This document shows, in pieces, positions 39,451 through 51,724 of a DNA stretch of 64,000 nt. The notes under the pieces were generated by a model. It made no database searches, had not been told where the DNA came from, and saw nothing but the letters and a program-made list of their open reading frames with translations. Both the position numbers and the translations under genes were made by a program. Positions within the stretch are counted from its first letter, which is position 1; each line of letters starts with the position of its first letter. The stretch is from Lytechinus pictus (lineage: Eukaryota), in NCBI RefSeq assembly GCF_037042905.1, contig NC_087251.1:39186001-39250000 (forward strand), in the 5' to 3' direction.

Positions 39451-39534
39451 CTCAGCTCTCTTGAGCATCTCCCACTTGTTGAGGAGCTTCATGGCAAACA
39501 CATCATCTGTGTTCTTCAACTTGACTACGGCAAC
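39451..39534 (-). CDS. CDC42BPA: MRCK exon 3 ([28 protein letters not shown]), 84 nt
   Basis: tcacag| and |gtaaga; catalytic Lys (AMK); not in ORF track, read by hand. Confidence 0.95.
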
Positions 39535-39829
39535 CTGTGACAAAGACAATAAAATGTATTTTCTCATGAAATCTTCTCCTTCTTGTATATAGCTCACCTC
39601 ATAAAATATCTGAGCAGCAATTAAAACTATTTAAAAAAAATGTTACAAAAAGTATTTCTTGACTGGACTTGGTTTCTAAATATAATGGTTCCACCATCCA
39701 TCTTACACATAAAGATTTTCTTACTTATCTTGAAAATAAAGTGTTTTTCTTTATTTTCAATATTGAAGGGGTAACATTTTCTTCAACTTGACCATCATTA
39801 GTAATTGATTTAATGTTTAATGTTGCGGT

Positions 39830-39960
39830 CCAGGGATGTGGGTTCATGTCCCAGCCATGACATAATTTCCTTCTCCAAGTAACTGATCCATATTTTGCTG
39901 CACTCAACCCAGGTGAGGTAAATGGGTATCTGATAGGATTAATTCCTTTACTGTATCAAG
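39830..39960 (+). mobile_element. Degenerate tRNA-derived SINE fragment
   Basis: B-box-like GGTTCATGTCC followed by GCTGCACTCAACCCAGGTGAGGTAAATGGGTA, a central-domain-like motif of invertebrate SINEs. Confidence 0.5.
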
Positions 39961-40229
39961 CACCCTTAGCAGCAGAAGCAAATACCCCTTAATATATAGT
40001 GGATTATTTCAGGGGCCAAGGAATGGTTTTGAAAGGAGGGAAGCTGACCATAAAAACATCACAATCAGATGGTCATTTTCATGTTTTTGTAAATGGTTTT
40101 GAAAAGAGTGCCCCCCCCTCCCCATTTCTGCATCCCCTGCATTGGAAGGCAACTAGATAATGAGTGCCTCATCAATGCTATATTTTATTATTGTATTATC
40201 AGTCAAAACAATACGAGAAACATTCTCAC

Positions 40230-40321
40230 CTCTCCAAAGGCTCCCCTTCCAATAATTTTTAATGTCTCAAAGTCTTCCTTATGTAACCTTAGATCTTTTA
40301 CTTTCTTCACTGGTTGTTTAG
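40230..40321 (-). CDS. CDC42BPA: MRCK exon 2 ([31 protein letters not shown]), 92 nt
   Basis: ttcttgcag| acceptor, |gtgaga donor, Gly-rich loop, phase fits exon 1. Confidence 0.95.
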
Positions 40322-41989
40322 CTGCAAGAAAGAAAATTAAAAGAAATAATATCAGGTAAGTATAACTAGAAAATTGTGAGAAATGGCTGAACAGATCAAC
40401 AATAAAAAAATTTACAGAACTAAAAGGGCTCACGACTAGAGCGAAAACAAAAACAGATGACTCGATGAGCAACACCATTCTCATACCCTTTGTACATAAA
40501 AATTATTTGCTTAATCTTTTTGTATAAATGTGTTGTAATATAAATATTGTGATGTGTATTGTCAAGTGTAAAAGATATTATCTACTCTGTGTTGCTGTTA
40601 CATGTGAGCGCCCAATTTATTATGATTAACTTGGCGCTTAATGGCAATTAAAGTGCTGGGTACATAATTAAAGAACGGGGCCCATCATACATACATGTAA
40701 TTATTTAATGTATGATTAACCCAATTTGAACTTTCAGGTGTGCACTATGAATACTAAAATACTAGTCTGCTTTACATCATAGTAGTTTCTTTTAATTTCT
40801 TACAGGAATGGGATCTCACGTTCCAATTCCACAAATCTCATTCCTCTCAATAATCCCACAATGCAACTCTTCCGAAATTATAGAAACAGTTCATGAATTG
40901 AAGATAAAAGTACAACTTGGCAAAAACTGAAATCATTGATCTGCATGCAAGCAGCATCAGACCTAATCATGCATTTGAGTGAAGTACAGTCAATGTGAGT
41001 TTTATAGCGAAAGACAGAACATGACTCACGATCCTGTCTCTGGCATATATTGCGGCTAATAAAAATTCATTACATACATCCATAGCAGGAGAAGAAGCGA
41101 GTGCAGTACATATTAGATGCCTCCTTGCGGAGAGGTGGAAGCAATATATTGTGATCTGCCGCTCCAATGTACACAGGGACAGCCAACAGTTGAGAACACA
41201 AACAATCTCCGAATACATGGATAGGAGCATTTTCTTACTTCATCATCCCCAGCAGCCTCCCCACCCCCCCCCCCACTCTATCTCTCTCTCCCTCTTTCTC
41301 TCTTCCTATTTTTCTTTTTCTCTATACAGGTTGTATTTCCCCCATCTCATTCACCATTTCGCTGTAAAAATTCAATGAAAACCTTGCTCCACTGGTAGAA
41401 AAAATTGACTATTTATTACACACATAAGATTTTTTGTAGTTATACATTTTTTTTATTCTTTCATTATTTTTGTTCATATCAATCTCTTTGTTATCTTCAA
41501 GTTCTTTTTTTTTCTTCATGTTTAAATGTCATTTATTCATTATCTATTTTATTTCAGGGGTGACAAAATGCACTCAACAGGGGGTTTTCTAGAGTTTGTC
41601 ATTCCCTCTCTGCTAAATATACTTAAATCTACTTTGATCACTGAGTCATTCTATTGTACATGATAGACACTCATGCCCACTTATCACATCTCAAGTAGAT
41701 TCATTTATTACACTCATTCACTATTACATTTAGTCCATGTGAATCTCACAGGCAATTGTTTCAGTATTAAAGCAATTTGAATCCATGGACTATGTTGATC
41801 TAGGATCAATTTTTTTATTCCAATGAAGAGCAATTCCAACTGGTTAAACGATTCATACATTCATGAAACAGAATTCTTCATATTTCCCTTACTATTAACA
41901 AAAACTGTGCATTTTGAAAAAATATTTTTCGCCTTGTACACAGCAAGGATACCCTGATTAGGTACCTGGGCATTCAAAGATACCTTCCC

Positions 41990-42120
41990 ATTAACAACTG
42001 TACACCTGGGCGGAGAGAGGCAAATGCAAGTAAATGCCTTGCAAAAGAACACAAAAGCTGTAGTGGGATTTGAAGCCCCGACCTTGTAATTTCAAGTCTA
42101 AAATTTACTGAGCCACAACA
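41990..42120 (-). mobile_element. Degenerate tRNA-derived SINE fragment
   Basis: Minus strand GCTTCAAATCCC (B-box-like) ... TGCCTCTCTCCGCCCAGGTGTA. Confidence 0.5.
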
Positions 42121-42314
42121 CCTCTACATGTACATGTGGTTTGGAACTTTACGTATGTTCTTTTGGAATTTCTCTATATGAACATTGTTCCAGCATTTGA
42201 GTAACCCCTTTGTGTCAGTAGCCCATCAGTTGCTTGTCTTGGTTGCAAGTACAGAGTTCAGGAACATTATCATCATATTGTACACATACATAATTAACCC
42301 AGTTAATTAAACAA

Positions 42315-43055
42315 ATAAAAGTGGAGCATCTCTGGCAGTCTCACCTGCATCACGCGATTCAATATAGCAGAAGTGCTGACTTGGAAAACTACTATAAAAT
42401 AATTATTCACAAAAAACACCATTCATATATAATGATACAGTTCTATGTTCATTGACAATAAATGACATTTGACCTTGATCATGAGACCTAAGACTTGTCA
42501 GTGATACATGATTACCCCTATATCCACATTTCATAAACTATATCTATAAACTTTGAAAGTTTTTACAGCAATCTAATAATTACCTCCAAAATGGCCAAAA
42601 TTCATTGACCTTAAATGACCTTTGTCTTTGGTCATGTGACCTGAAACTTGCATGAGATGTTCAGCGATACATGATTACTCTTATGTCCAAGTTTTATGAA
42701 CTAGACCAACACACTTGCAGAGTTATGATGGTAATTCAACAAATACCCCCAACATGACCAAAGTTCATTGACCTTTGACCTTGGTCATGTGACCTGAAAC
42801 TCGCACGGGATGTTCAGTGATACTTGGTTACTCTAATGTCCAAGTTTCATGAATCAGATCCATAAACTTTCAAAATTATGATGGTAATTCAACAGATAAC
42901 CCCAACTTGGCCAAAACTAGGTCCATATACTTTTTTTCTAAGTTATGCTGTCATTTCAAAAACTTAATCTTCGGTTAAGATTTGGTGTTGACGCCGCTGC
43001 AGTGGGAAGAGCGGCGCCTATAGTCTCACTCTGCTATGCAGGTGAGACCAAAAAA
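42315..43055 (+). mobile_element. HINE-type element, copy 3 (older, diverged, GCC tract nearly absent)
   Basis: Same subterminal inverted repeats, 3' hairpin and internal repeat units. Confidence 0.8.
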
Positions 43056-43531
43056 TATGAAATATCCAGAAAATATACCAACAATGGTGATACAAAATCA
43101 GAGCAATAGATTGAATTGTTAGTGATTTTTTCCTGGATCTTTTCTTAGTTTTGCAATTCTTTCATGACTTGTATACAGTGCAGTTTCAGTGGGTGGATTG
43201 TTTGTAATAAGTCTGGCATGGAATGCGAGGTTTCACAGGTAAAGGTCATAATGCCAGTTCTCCAACCAGTTCTACGTTTAATTCAAAGAAATGCCATGAT
43301 TCATTACCATGCTGGTATGTTTGAAGGAATAAGAAATATTTATTTATTAAATTTGTATTATTGCTTTTAGCCACAAAAAATAATGAAGAGTACAGGGGAG
43401 GCAGGGGGGGAATCATTGATCAGTATTCAGTCAGATACATGTAGGCCCATCAGTTTTATTTAGTATTTTACACAACTAAAAGTGGGTCATAACAAATTGT
43501 GTAACATATATATGTACAAAGGTTGTTTTAA

Positions 43532-43669
43532 AGGGGAAGTTCATCCTGAAGAAAAGTTTATAAGGAATTAAGAATACCAGAAAATAAGAATAAAAATAAA
43601 TTTGTTATTTATTCATGTTGAGGCAAAATTTACTATTTTAAAAATCTTTTAGTCAGGGTGAACTTCCCC
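43532..43669. mobile_element. Short Kolobok-like MITE
   Basis: TTAA|AGGGGAAGTTCATCCTGA / TCAGGGTGAACTTCCCC. Confidence 0.6.
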
Positions 43670-45809
43670 GTTCAACCATGGATGTGTTTCAGTTTTCTTC
43701 TGCATTTTAAACATCAAAAAAGGAGTTGTCTAGAATACTGATGGCTTTAATCATAGATGTGTTTTATATCAGGGAGGTTTTCAGCATTTATACACAATTA
43801 AAATGGGCTCATAACTATGTTATGATGGGGTAATCATGCATAAGTGGTAGATCTATTTCTTCAGCATTTTACACTAAAAGGGGTCAAAGCAATATAACTT
43901 AATGTCGTGCCTACAGGGGGGGGGGGGCTAAACATGGATGTTATGTCGTAAATTTTATTACAGCAGTTTACACAACTCAAATGTGGGTCGAGCTCAGTGA
44001 AGAAGAAGATATCCACAGAGACATCTCTGTGTACTATGATGTAGGCAAGATGAGAAGGATGGGACGGCTTGAAATGCCAATGTTCATGCTCAATGAGTTC
44101 CCCCCTTCGGGGTATCTCTCAATAAAGCACAGGATCAAGACCTCCCTTGCATGTAGGTTTCAATCAAAATCCAAGATTCATTTTCTATTAAATACTTCCA
44201 TCTCCGGCCAGTTGTCGCATTCCTGCCGCTATTCCGAACAAGCCCACCATGGAAATGTCACAGGCAAGTCTGGGGTCCTTGCTATATATTTTTGAACACC
44301 AACTCATGAGACGAAAAGACGGGAGTTAATTATCAAATATTATTGGTGATACATTGAGTGGAAGAAGGAAAAGGGAGGTGGAAATGAAGCAGTGAACAAA
44401 AATCACAGTTGTTCTCATGAACATTTCAAAGGTCCTTGCAACGATGTGTTAAAAGTTAGTCTCCCTTCCAGACAGTAATATCTTAATAAAACGTGATGAA
44501 ATCCAAAACCCAAAGCTCATGATTCCTCCCAATTTCTAGCTCTACATACATATTTGCAATATCAATCAGACTTTCACGAGACCATACAATAAATTCTGCT
44601 CAAACAGCTCATTACGTGCAGCATTGCTGTCTGACTGTATACCACTATCAAATGAATAGTTTATAATCCCAAGACTAACACAGTATCTGCCCTCCCCCTT
44701 TCCCACTGCACTATGTTTGACAGCCTGTATACATTGGCAATGAGTCAGCCCCATTACTTTGAAGAGCAAGTCCAAAGGTGCTTCGCACACAATTACACGT
44801 ATTTGTATGGAGTGTGCATAGACCAACTGAGGAGAGCTGTAGTGTATGCATGATAGTGCGCGGAGGAACCTTGACTTGATTAGCACAATGAATTTTTGAC
44901 AAGTAAACAAGAGGTTAAAAACTTCCTTTTCTGTGTGTATATATTTTTTGCTGAGTGCCACAGCAGCCAATTTTTCTTCTATTTTCTTTCAGGAAGATAA
45001 CAGTTCACAACTTAATATATCAAACCAACATGTATATTCCACTCAGGTATTGAACAGTATTAATGCAACAGAATCTATAAATTTCCTTCCATAATTGAAA
45101 ATATACAGTATATATGAAACAAATATTCACTTGTTTATTAAAAAGGAAAATAATTTTCCGGACCTACTTCCCTCTACAGACTTGACCGACTTCTGTATAA
45201 AATGAGAATCTTCAATATGCTTCACACGGAAATAAATTAACTATTTCCTGGTAGTACTCTGTATATATACAGTATATGTTTATGTTTGAAATTATAATCC
45301 ACAATGGGCAACAGTAAAGAGCGCATAGTTGGTATTATTGGAAAAATATGAAATAGCCTTGGTATCACTTGAAGTTTCTTCACAATAAAATTTAAAATTC
45401 CTTATTCAATTGATAATTCATTTTAGAATACCCTTCATTTACCAATGTTAAACATTTAAACAATAATTTCATGAAGCAATTTTGACATTTCAAATTTATT
45501 ATAATTGGAACAGGCCATACAGGGTAGAAGATACAAATAAAACACTAATAATGCAATCTATTCAGCTTTTTTTTTCATGAATATCATACCAATAATAATG
45601 CAATCCATTCGATTAAGGAATGGTTATTTCTTTTCATGAATACCGGTATCTTACCAATTGGGGGTGGGGTCAATTGCTTTATTCATTTTAGGTGTCCATG
45701 TAACTTTGTTAGTACATGTACATCTATGCCTAATGTACATATATAGATAGATGATAGATGATTATATTCATAACAATCTAATGTGATGTCTCCCAACCCC
45801 CCCCCCCCT

Positions 45810-45917
45810 TCATCATCATCATCATCATCATCATCATCGACATCATCATCATAATCATCATCCTTATCATTGTACATATGTCATATCAAAATTAACATTA
45901 TCATCACCATCATCATC

Positions 45918-45948
<31 letters not shown>

Positions 45949-46111
45949 ATATCATCATCATCATCATCAACACAATCATCATCGTTATCATGGATGTAAT
46001 ATCACAATTAACATTATTATCACCATCACCATCATCATCATCACCATCATCATCCCCATCACCATTATCATCACCATTATAATCATAATCATCATCCTTA
46101 TCATTGTACAT
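45810..46111. repeat. Compound (ATC/CAT)n microsatellite
   Basis: Long imperfect CAT runs; ATCATAATCATCATCCTTATCATTGTACAT occurs twice. Confidence 0.95.
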
Positions 46112-49100
46112 GTAATACCAAAATGAACATTAATATCACCACCATTAGTGATTACCATTGTTTAAAGTTTTTTGTTGATAGTATAAATATTTATTCTTAT
46201 TTCCAATATCAAAATAAGCACCTAATTCAACATTTAATTCAATGACGTACCCCATATGCTGCCTACACTAAATTCAATAATAAATCTGATTGAAATCACG
46301 GAGTGCAATATTTTGTACGCCAGTTTGCAAAGTCACACTTCTATTAAATCTAAACTTGAAGCTGGGTAATGATTGCAAAACAATTACAATCACGCATCGT
46401 TATATCATGGGGGATACCAGTTGAAGGCTATGTGGGTCAATCCAATAGGTTTTCTTCTCATCAATCGAGTTCTGGGCTAATTTTGATATGCCCAGCAGGG
46501 ATGACCCATGATCTTGCTGGGTCCAATTTACATCAGACCCAGTGATGCATCAGCAACCCCTCCCATGAAGAAGGTATTGGTTTGTCAATACTGGCCCACA
46601 TGCACCTACTTGGATTATGAGACAGAAAGTTTATGCGCATTAATATTGAAAATTGTCTCATACATGCTTGATATCATTCTATATCCACTTTATTAGAATG
46701 ACCACTGATCATTCGCCACTGTCTATGGCAAGTAATTTCTAAGGCCAGTTTTCTTTAGGCTCAGGTAGAACACACTCACGTGAAGAGAAATCTCCATGGT
46801 TCTACACTTGAGTCAATCTTTCTACGCTACCCACTGTCCCAATGTATACATTTATGAACAATTTTTTTTTCTTAAATGTCATCTTTGTTTAAAAATTTAG
46901 GATCTAATATTAGTAACATAACATTTTTATTCTAGCTGACATAATAAAGCACCATCTTCCCCGTCATAAAATGTGGAGGAGAAGGAATACGATTCAGTGA
47001 CCGCAAGATGGTGAGATGAACATGAAAAGGGAAAGTAGAAAAATAGTCTGTTCATCTTTCAAAGAAATAGAATAGAAAGATATGGTTTGACCTTTACATA
47101 ATATTAATGATGCCAAGTAGTACTACATGTATATACATGTACAATGTAAAACAGTATAAAAACAGAAATGCATGGACCTATGAAATGAGCATGTGTAATT
47201 AGTTACCAATCATATTCTTGTTTAGAATCTATCAAATATAATTGATTTGAAGACATCAAAACTGAAACTTTATATCCTGACAAGGTGTATTATGAATGAA
47301 TGTTCATGTTAAACCCATAATAATGATGATAAATTGAACTCTAATCCTAGAATAGAGTACATGTATATCATTTTGCCTCTTCTTATGTTTCTAGTATTAT
47401 AATTCATATATAAAAGATATGCCTACAGGTATTCCCATTTCATTGGAATTGAAGTAAACTATAAAGGCTGCTGGCACATCCATGTATGTGTATCCATTCT
47501 TGCAGCCAAATTAGAGTATAATATTTTGATGAACATGACCTAGGAAATTAAATAGGCCTTCATATACAAGTATATAGTTCCCAAGTGAAGTATCAAGTGG
47601 CCATAAAAATAATATTGATCTACATGTAGGCCTACTACATGTATTGGAACCCTTTCCCCCTTGTGAAAAAAAAATCTGCATCCTCTTTCTGACCCCTTCC
47701 TAAAAAGTATTCAATCATAACACTTATTTCGAATGAAAAAAAAAACTCTAAAAATTAATTGGAAAATTTCTGACACTCCAAAATGGTGAAGGAAAATGTA
47801 CCATAAAATGACTTGGAGTCACCCGCAAGTTTCAAGTCAGCAAAAGTTCACACGAACAATTGGCACATGTGATGCTAGATCTGACAGGGATAGATTTGAG
47901 CAAGCAATGTTCCTTTCCTTTTCAATTTCCTCTGACGTACAGGCAGAGGAATTCAGTATAGGCATCTGTGCCAACAGCCTGGTGGGGTCTGTACAAAAAT
48001 ATATCCTATCAATTGTACTAGCAGAAGAGGCTCTGAGACTGAAACCATTTGCCGACATGTACGCATGCATCTACAAGCCAGATCAACGTGATACATATCA
48101 TATGATACAATTAACTTTAAATCGATGGCATACATGTATACCTGAATGGCAAAATTTTGCAAATCGCATCCAAAAAGTTTAATAGGGTTGTTACAGGCCC
48201 CAGAACTCTAGATGCAAAACAAGATCATTAGGGTACATAGTAACTGAATTCTTTGTCGTGGCAATCAAATAATACCTGCAGTGATATATGAAAGGTTTTT
48301 TTTTTTCCAAACATTCTTGTCTAGTTAAGCATAAAAATTCCTTCCAATTTACCAACTCATAACAACTTTAGCGGGACATTAAAAATCCCTAAAAAAAGGA
48401 AGGGGTGAAGAAAAAACCAACCAAGTTATGAAGGACTGTTCATATAACATCTCAATCCATAGCAAGAATGTGAAAAAAATATATCATCATAGGTCTGCTT
48501 TTACATTCCATTTCATTCAACAGAATGTTTATGGAATTCCTTGCAATATGTTCCTTGGCTCTTTATTATCAAATGTACAATATCCCCCCCCCCCCTTGAT
48601 GTTAACGCCACTCGTGAAGGATAGTGCCATCAGTTACCAGTGGTGACGCATACCTGAACGCTCATCGCGAGTGCCCATAATGTCTAGAAGGGCCCAGAGA
48701 TGTGAAGTCCTATGTACATGCACAAAGATCTGGCAAATTGCTATTTTTTCAAAGATATTGTCATAATCCTTTGATTGAATACCAAAGATAAAAGTTACAG
48801 GAGCCCACTCCTTTTTAATCATGAAATTTTTTGAATGACAGGAAAATATAATATTTTCTTGATGAAAACGATCAATCTAAAATCAAGATGTAGCCATCAG
48901 CAGACAACTACATGTAATCGACAAATTAACAATATATACAGAGAACACCAAGAGAATAAATTTCTTTTGAATATTTGCCACAAAGAAGACCTCATAAAAC
49001 ATTACAATCTTGAAACTTAAAAGGTATTTACAAAGGCTGGTTATGAGTCATTACACATCAAGATCATACCAGACATGATGGGACCTTAGTGAAAACCCAA

Positions 49101-50095
49101 AGAAAACATCAATAATCTATATTTCTTTGTCAGATCAGTTCAAGATTCTTTACACAGACAGTGAAAAATCCTCGAAATCTTGACTATTAATACATGGGTG
49201 TGTTCTGTGTAGGGCTCAAGACCGGGGCAGGGCAACATTCAAAGGAATTCCCTAACAGTCGCTGATCACTAGACATCATCGGCTAAATTGACATCATCTT
49301 GCACTGCATTCTAAATGTATTTGATAGAATGTACATTGAGACCTTCATGGACTGTACACATGTGGGCTTACATGTACCTAAATTAATACTTTTCATATTG
49401 TACCACTGTACATGTATCTTTACACTACATGTATCTCCTATGGAATCACCCCTATAATATCACTGTGTGATATGCATTCCAATGAAACTGCACACCTGAT
49501 AATATGAAGCAATTATTGAATGTGATTTCAAAACAGATTATGAGTATGACCCAAATCAAGGTCTGTGATGAAAAACTAGGCAGGCATACATCTAACATTC
49601 TTGAGTGACTACAGCCCCTGATTACACAGTCCAGTGACGATGCAAGGTATAACAGTCTGCGCGGACCAAGAAAAAAAGAAAGGGCATTTTATTCACTCGG
49701 TACATGTGATACACTGCACTCGGTAACTCTGGATATGTATGTACATATATGAAGCCTACATATATGTATAGTCTAGATCTGCATGTTATTGCATCTTGCA
49801 TACAGCCTCAAATAGTCGAATACCCGTCATCAACAGAGCTTTACCATCAAATACCATTGCAACTACCGTACATGGTTGTCCCATATACATGCAGATAACC
49901 CAGGGATGAATAAACAGCTGATCTGTTGTTTTTATGATATTAGCTAAATACTACAGACAGGAAAACCACGAAATACCTTTGGTACACCCATATAGCCCTG
50001 CACAGGAAATACATTGAAATTCAATGAGCTTTAAAGGCATTGATTAACATTTGGACATGTACATGCCATGTACTGAGTAGATCACATATATGTAT

Positions 50096-50448
50096 TACTG
50101 TGTTTACACACTGTCCGGGCTCGCGGTGCAGACTCACCTTTTTTTAATGCGTATAAACGTGAGTAACCCGGCTCGCGAGGCAGACACAGCAATTTTGCTC
50201 TGCCAAAATTAATAGGATCAGACCTGCGAGCCGGGGCAGGCACAGCAAAATTTCTCCAGGTAAGCACGAAGTCTGCCCAATAAGGGCAATAAGCGCACGT
50301 TTCATGACGTAAATTTTACCTTCTGATCCGTGTTTTTGCCCCGCGAGCTGGGGGCAGCATGTAAATGTGACGCAGGATAATCCGCGAGCCGAGTCTGCCC
50401 TGGCTCGCAGATCTGCACCACGAGCCGGGGAAGTGTGTAAACACGGTA
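50096..50448. mobile_element. Harbinger-like MITE
   Basis: TAT TSD; ~38-bp imperfect TIRs TAC.GTGTTTACACACT..CC.GGCTCG.GGTGCAGA. Confidence 0.85.
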
Positions 50449-51594
50449 TATGTGTATACACTTGACAATTATGTTTTCCCCTTATGGAAGTAAATGTATA
50501 GTGTATATGTCATCAATGTCAAAAATACAATAATAGCTACTGTACATGAAATACAATGGATTTGGTATTGTTAAGCTATAATTATTAAACATATATGTAC
50601 CAGTAAGTTATGAATTTATTTACTCCTATATGTAGTTTGCACTTATGAATTTATACTTAAAACATTTCTTAATTCTTGATAACATTTGTTAATATTAATT
50701 AATAAACATATTCTTCCTTCATTAACTTATCAGGAAACAAGTGAGAATTGATTCATCGATAATTGTTGTTGCATGGCAAACGAGCAGCAGCATGTTCACA
50801 AAAATGTAGGGCTCGATAATATAGCCTGATTACAAGTAGGCATATCCAATGTGTGCATTTGTGTAAACAGTAAAAGACCTTGCATACACAGTAGAGTCAG
50901 TCCAGTTCAGGTCAAATCCTGGTTGATTTTAATGAACTTGGCATGAACCGTAACGAGTGACATCACCTCCGAATCGCGGCCCGGTAGCCTTGGGGGTAAA
51001 AGGGGTCATCATTTTATTGGTCATTTCAAATCATCGGTTCATTTTATCTACCATCCAACTGCCAAGAAGTCTGGCTAAACTGGCTGACTGGCTGCTTGCC
51101 TGGCTGGGGGTGATAGCGGGCAGGTAAACGTAATTGCTTTACCGGCAATGAAACGTTGAAAGCGACATGTATGACTGGATTCTGAATTCTGAGTGTAGGT
51201 CAGCTTAGAAATAGTATCAGAGCAGTTTAATCACAGCCACACAAATGAATCATGTACGTACGACTATGACATGAGTATAATGTACACTTTATTTCACCCA
51301 AGGCACAAGATAATGGGAAGCCTATTTTCATGAGCCTCAATTATTAAATCCATCAATTCTAGATGTTTAGCTGATATTTGCTGTTCTATTACTAATTTTA
51401 TAACATGCATTTATTCTGTACTTAAAAAAAATAAAATTACCAATGCCTATAATATAGGCCTACGCAGTAATAAAATTGCCTGATTAAGAAGCCGATCTCA
51501 TAATGTTCATCAAGTAGGTAACTTCTAATAATGGAAAGCAGAACATAGGCCTACATAAAATCTAAAGCTTTGTACGATGAACAATATACGACCA

Positions 51595-51724
51595 GGGTCT
51601 CGTAACACAAAGGTTAGCGATTAATCGTACGCTTGATTTTCACAAATGACATTGTAGTAAATGGAATCAATCGTAGAAAAATTTTCTACGATCATTGCTA
51701 ATAAAGCTTTGTGTTACAGGCCCC
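51595..51724. mobile_element. Short MITE
   Basis: GGGTCTCGTAACACAAAG / CTTTGTGTTACAGGCCCC. Confidence 0.65.

Noticed and set aside
45683..46111. Poly-D/I/M/S ORFs
   Set aside because: (ATC)n microsatellite
44566..48182. 134-aa and 128-aa ORFs in intron 1 as nested genes
   Set aside because: No recognisable motifs, codon bias or splice context; lengths expected by chance
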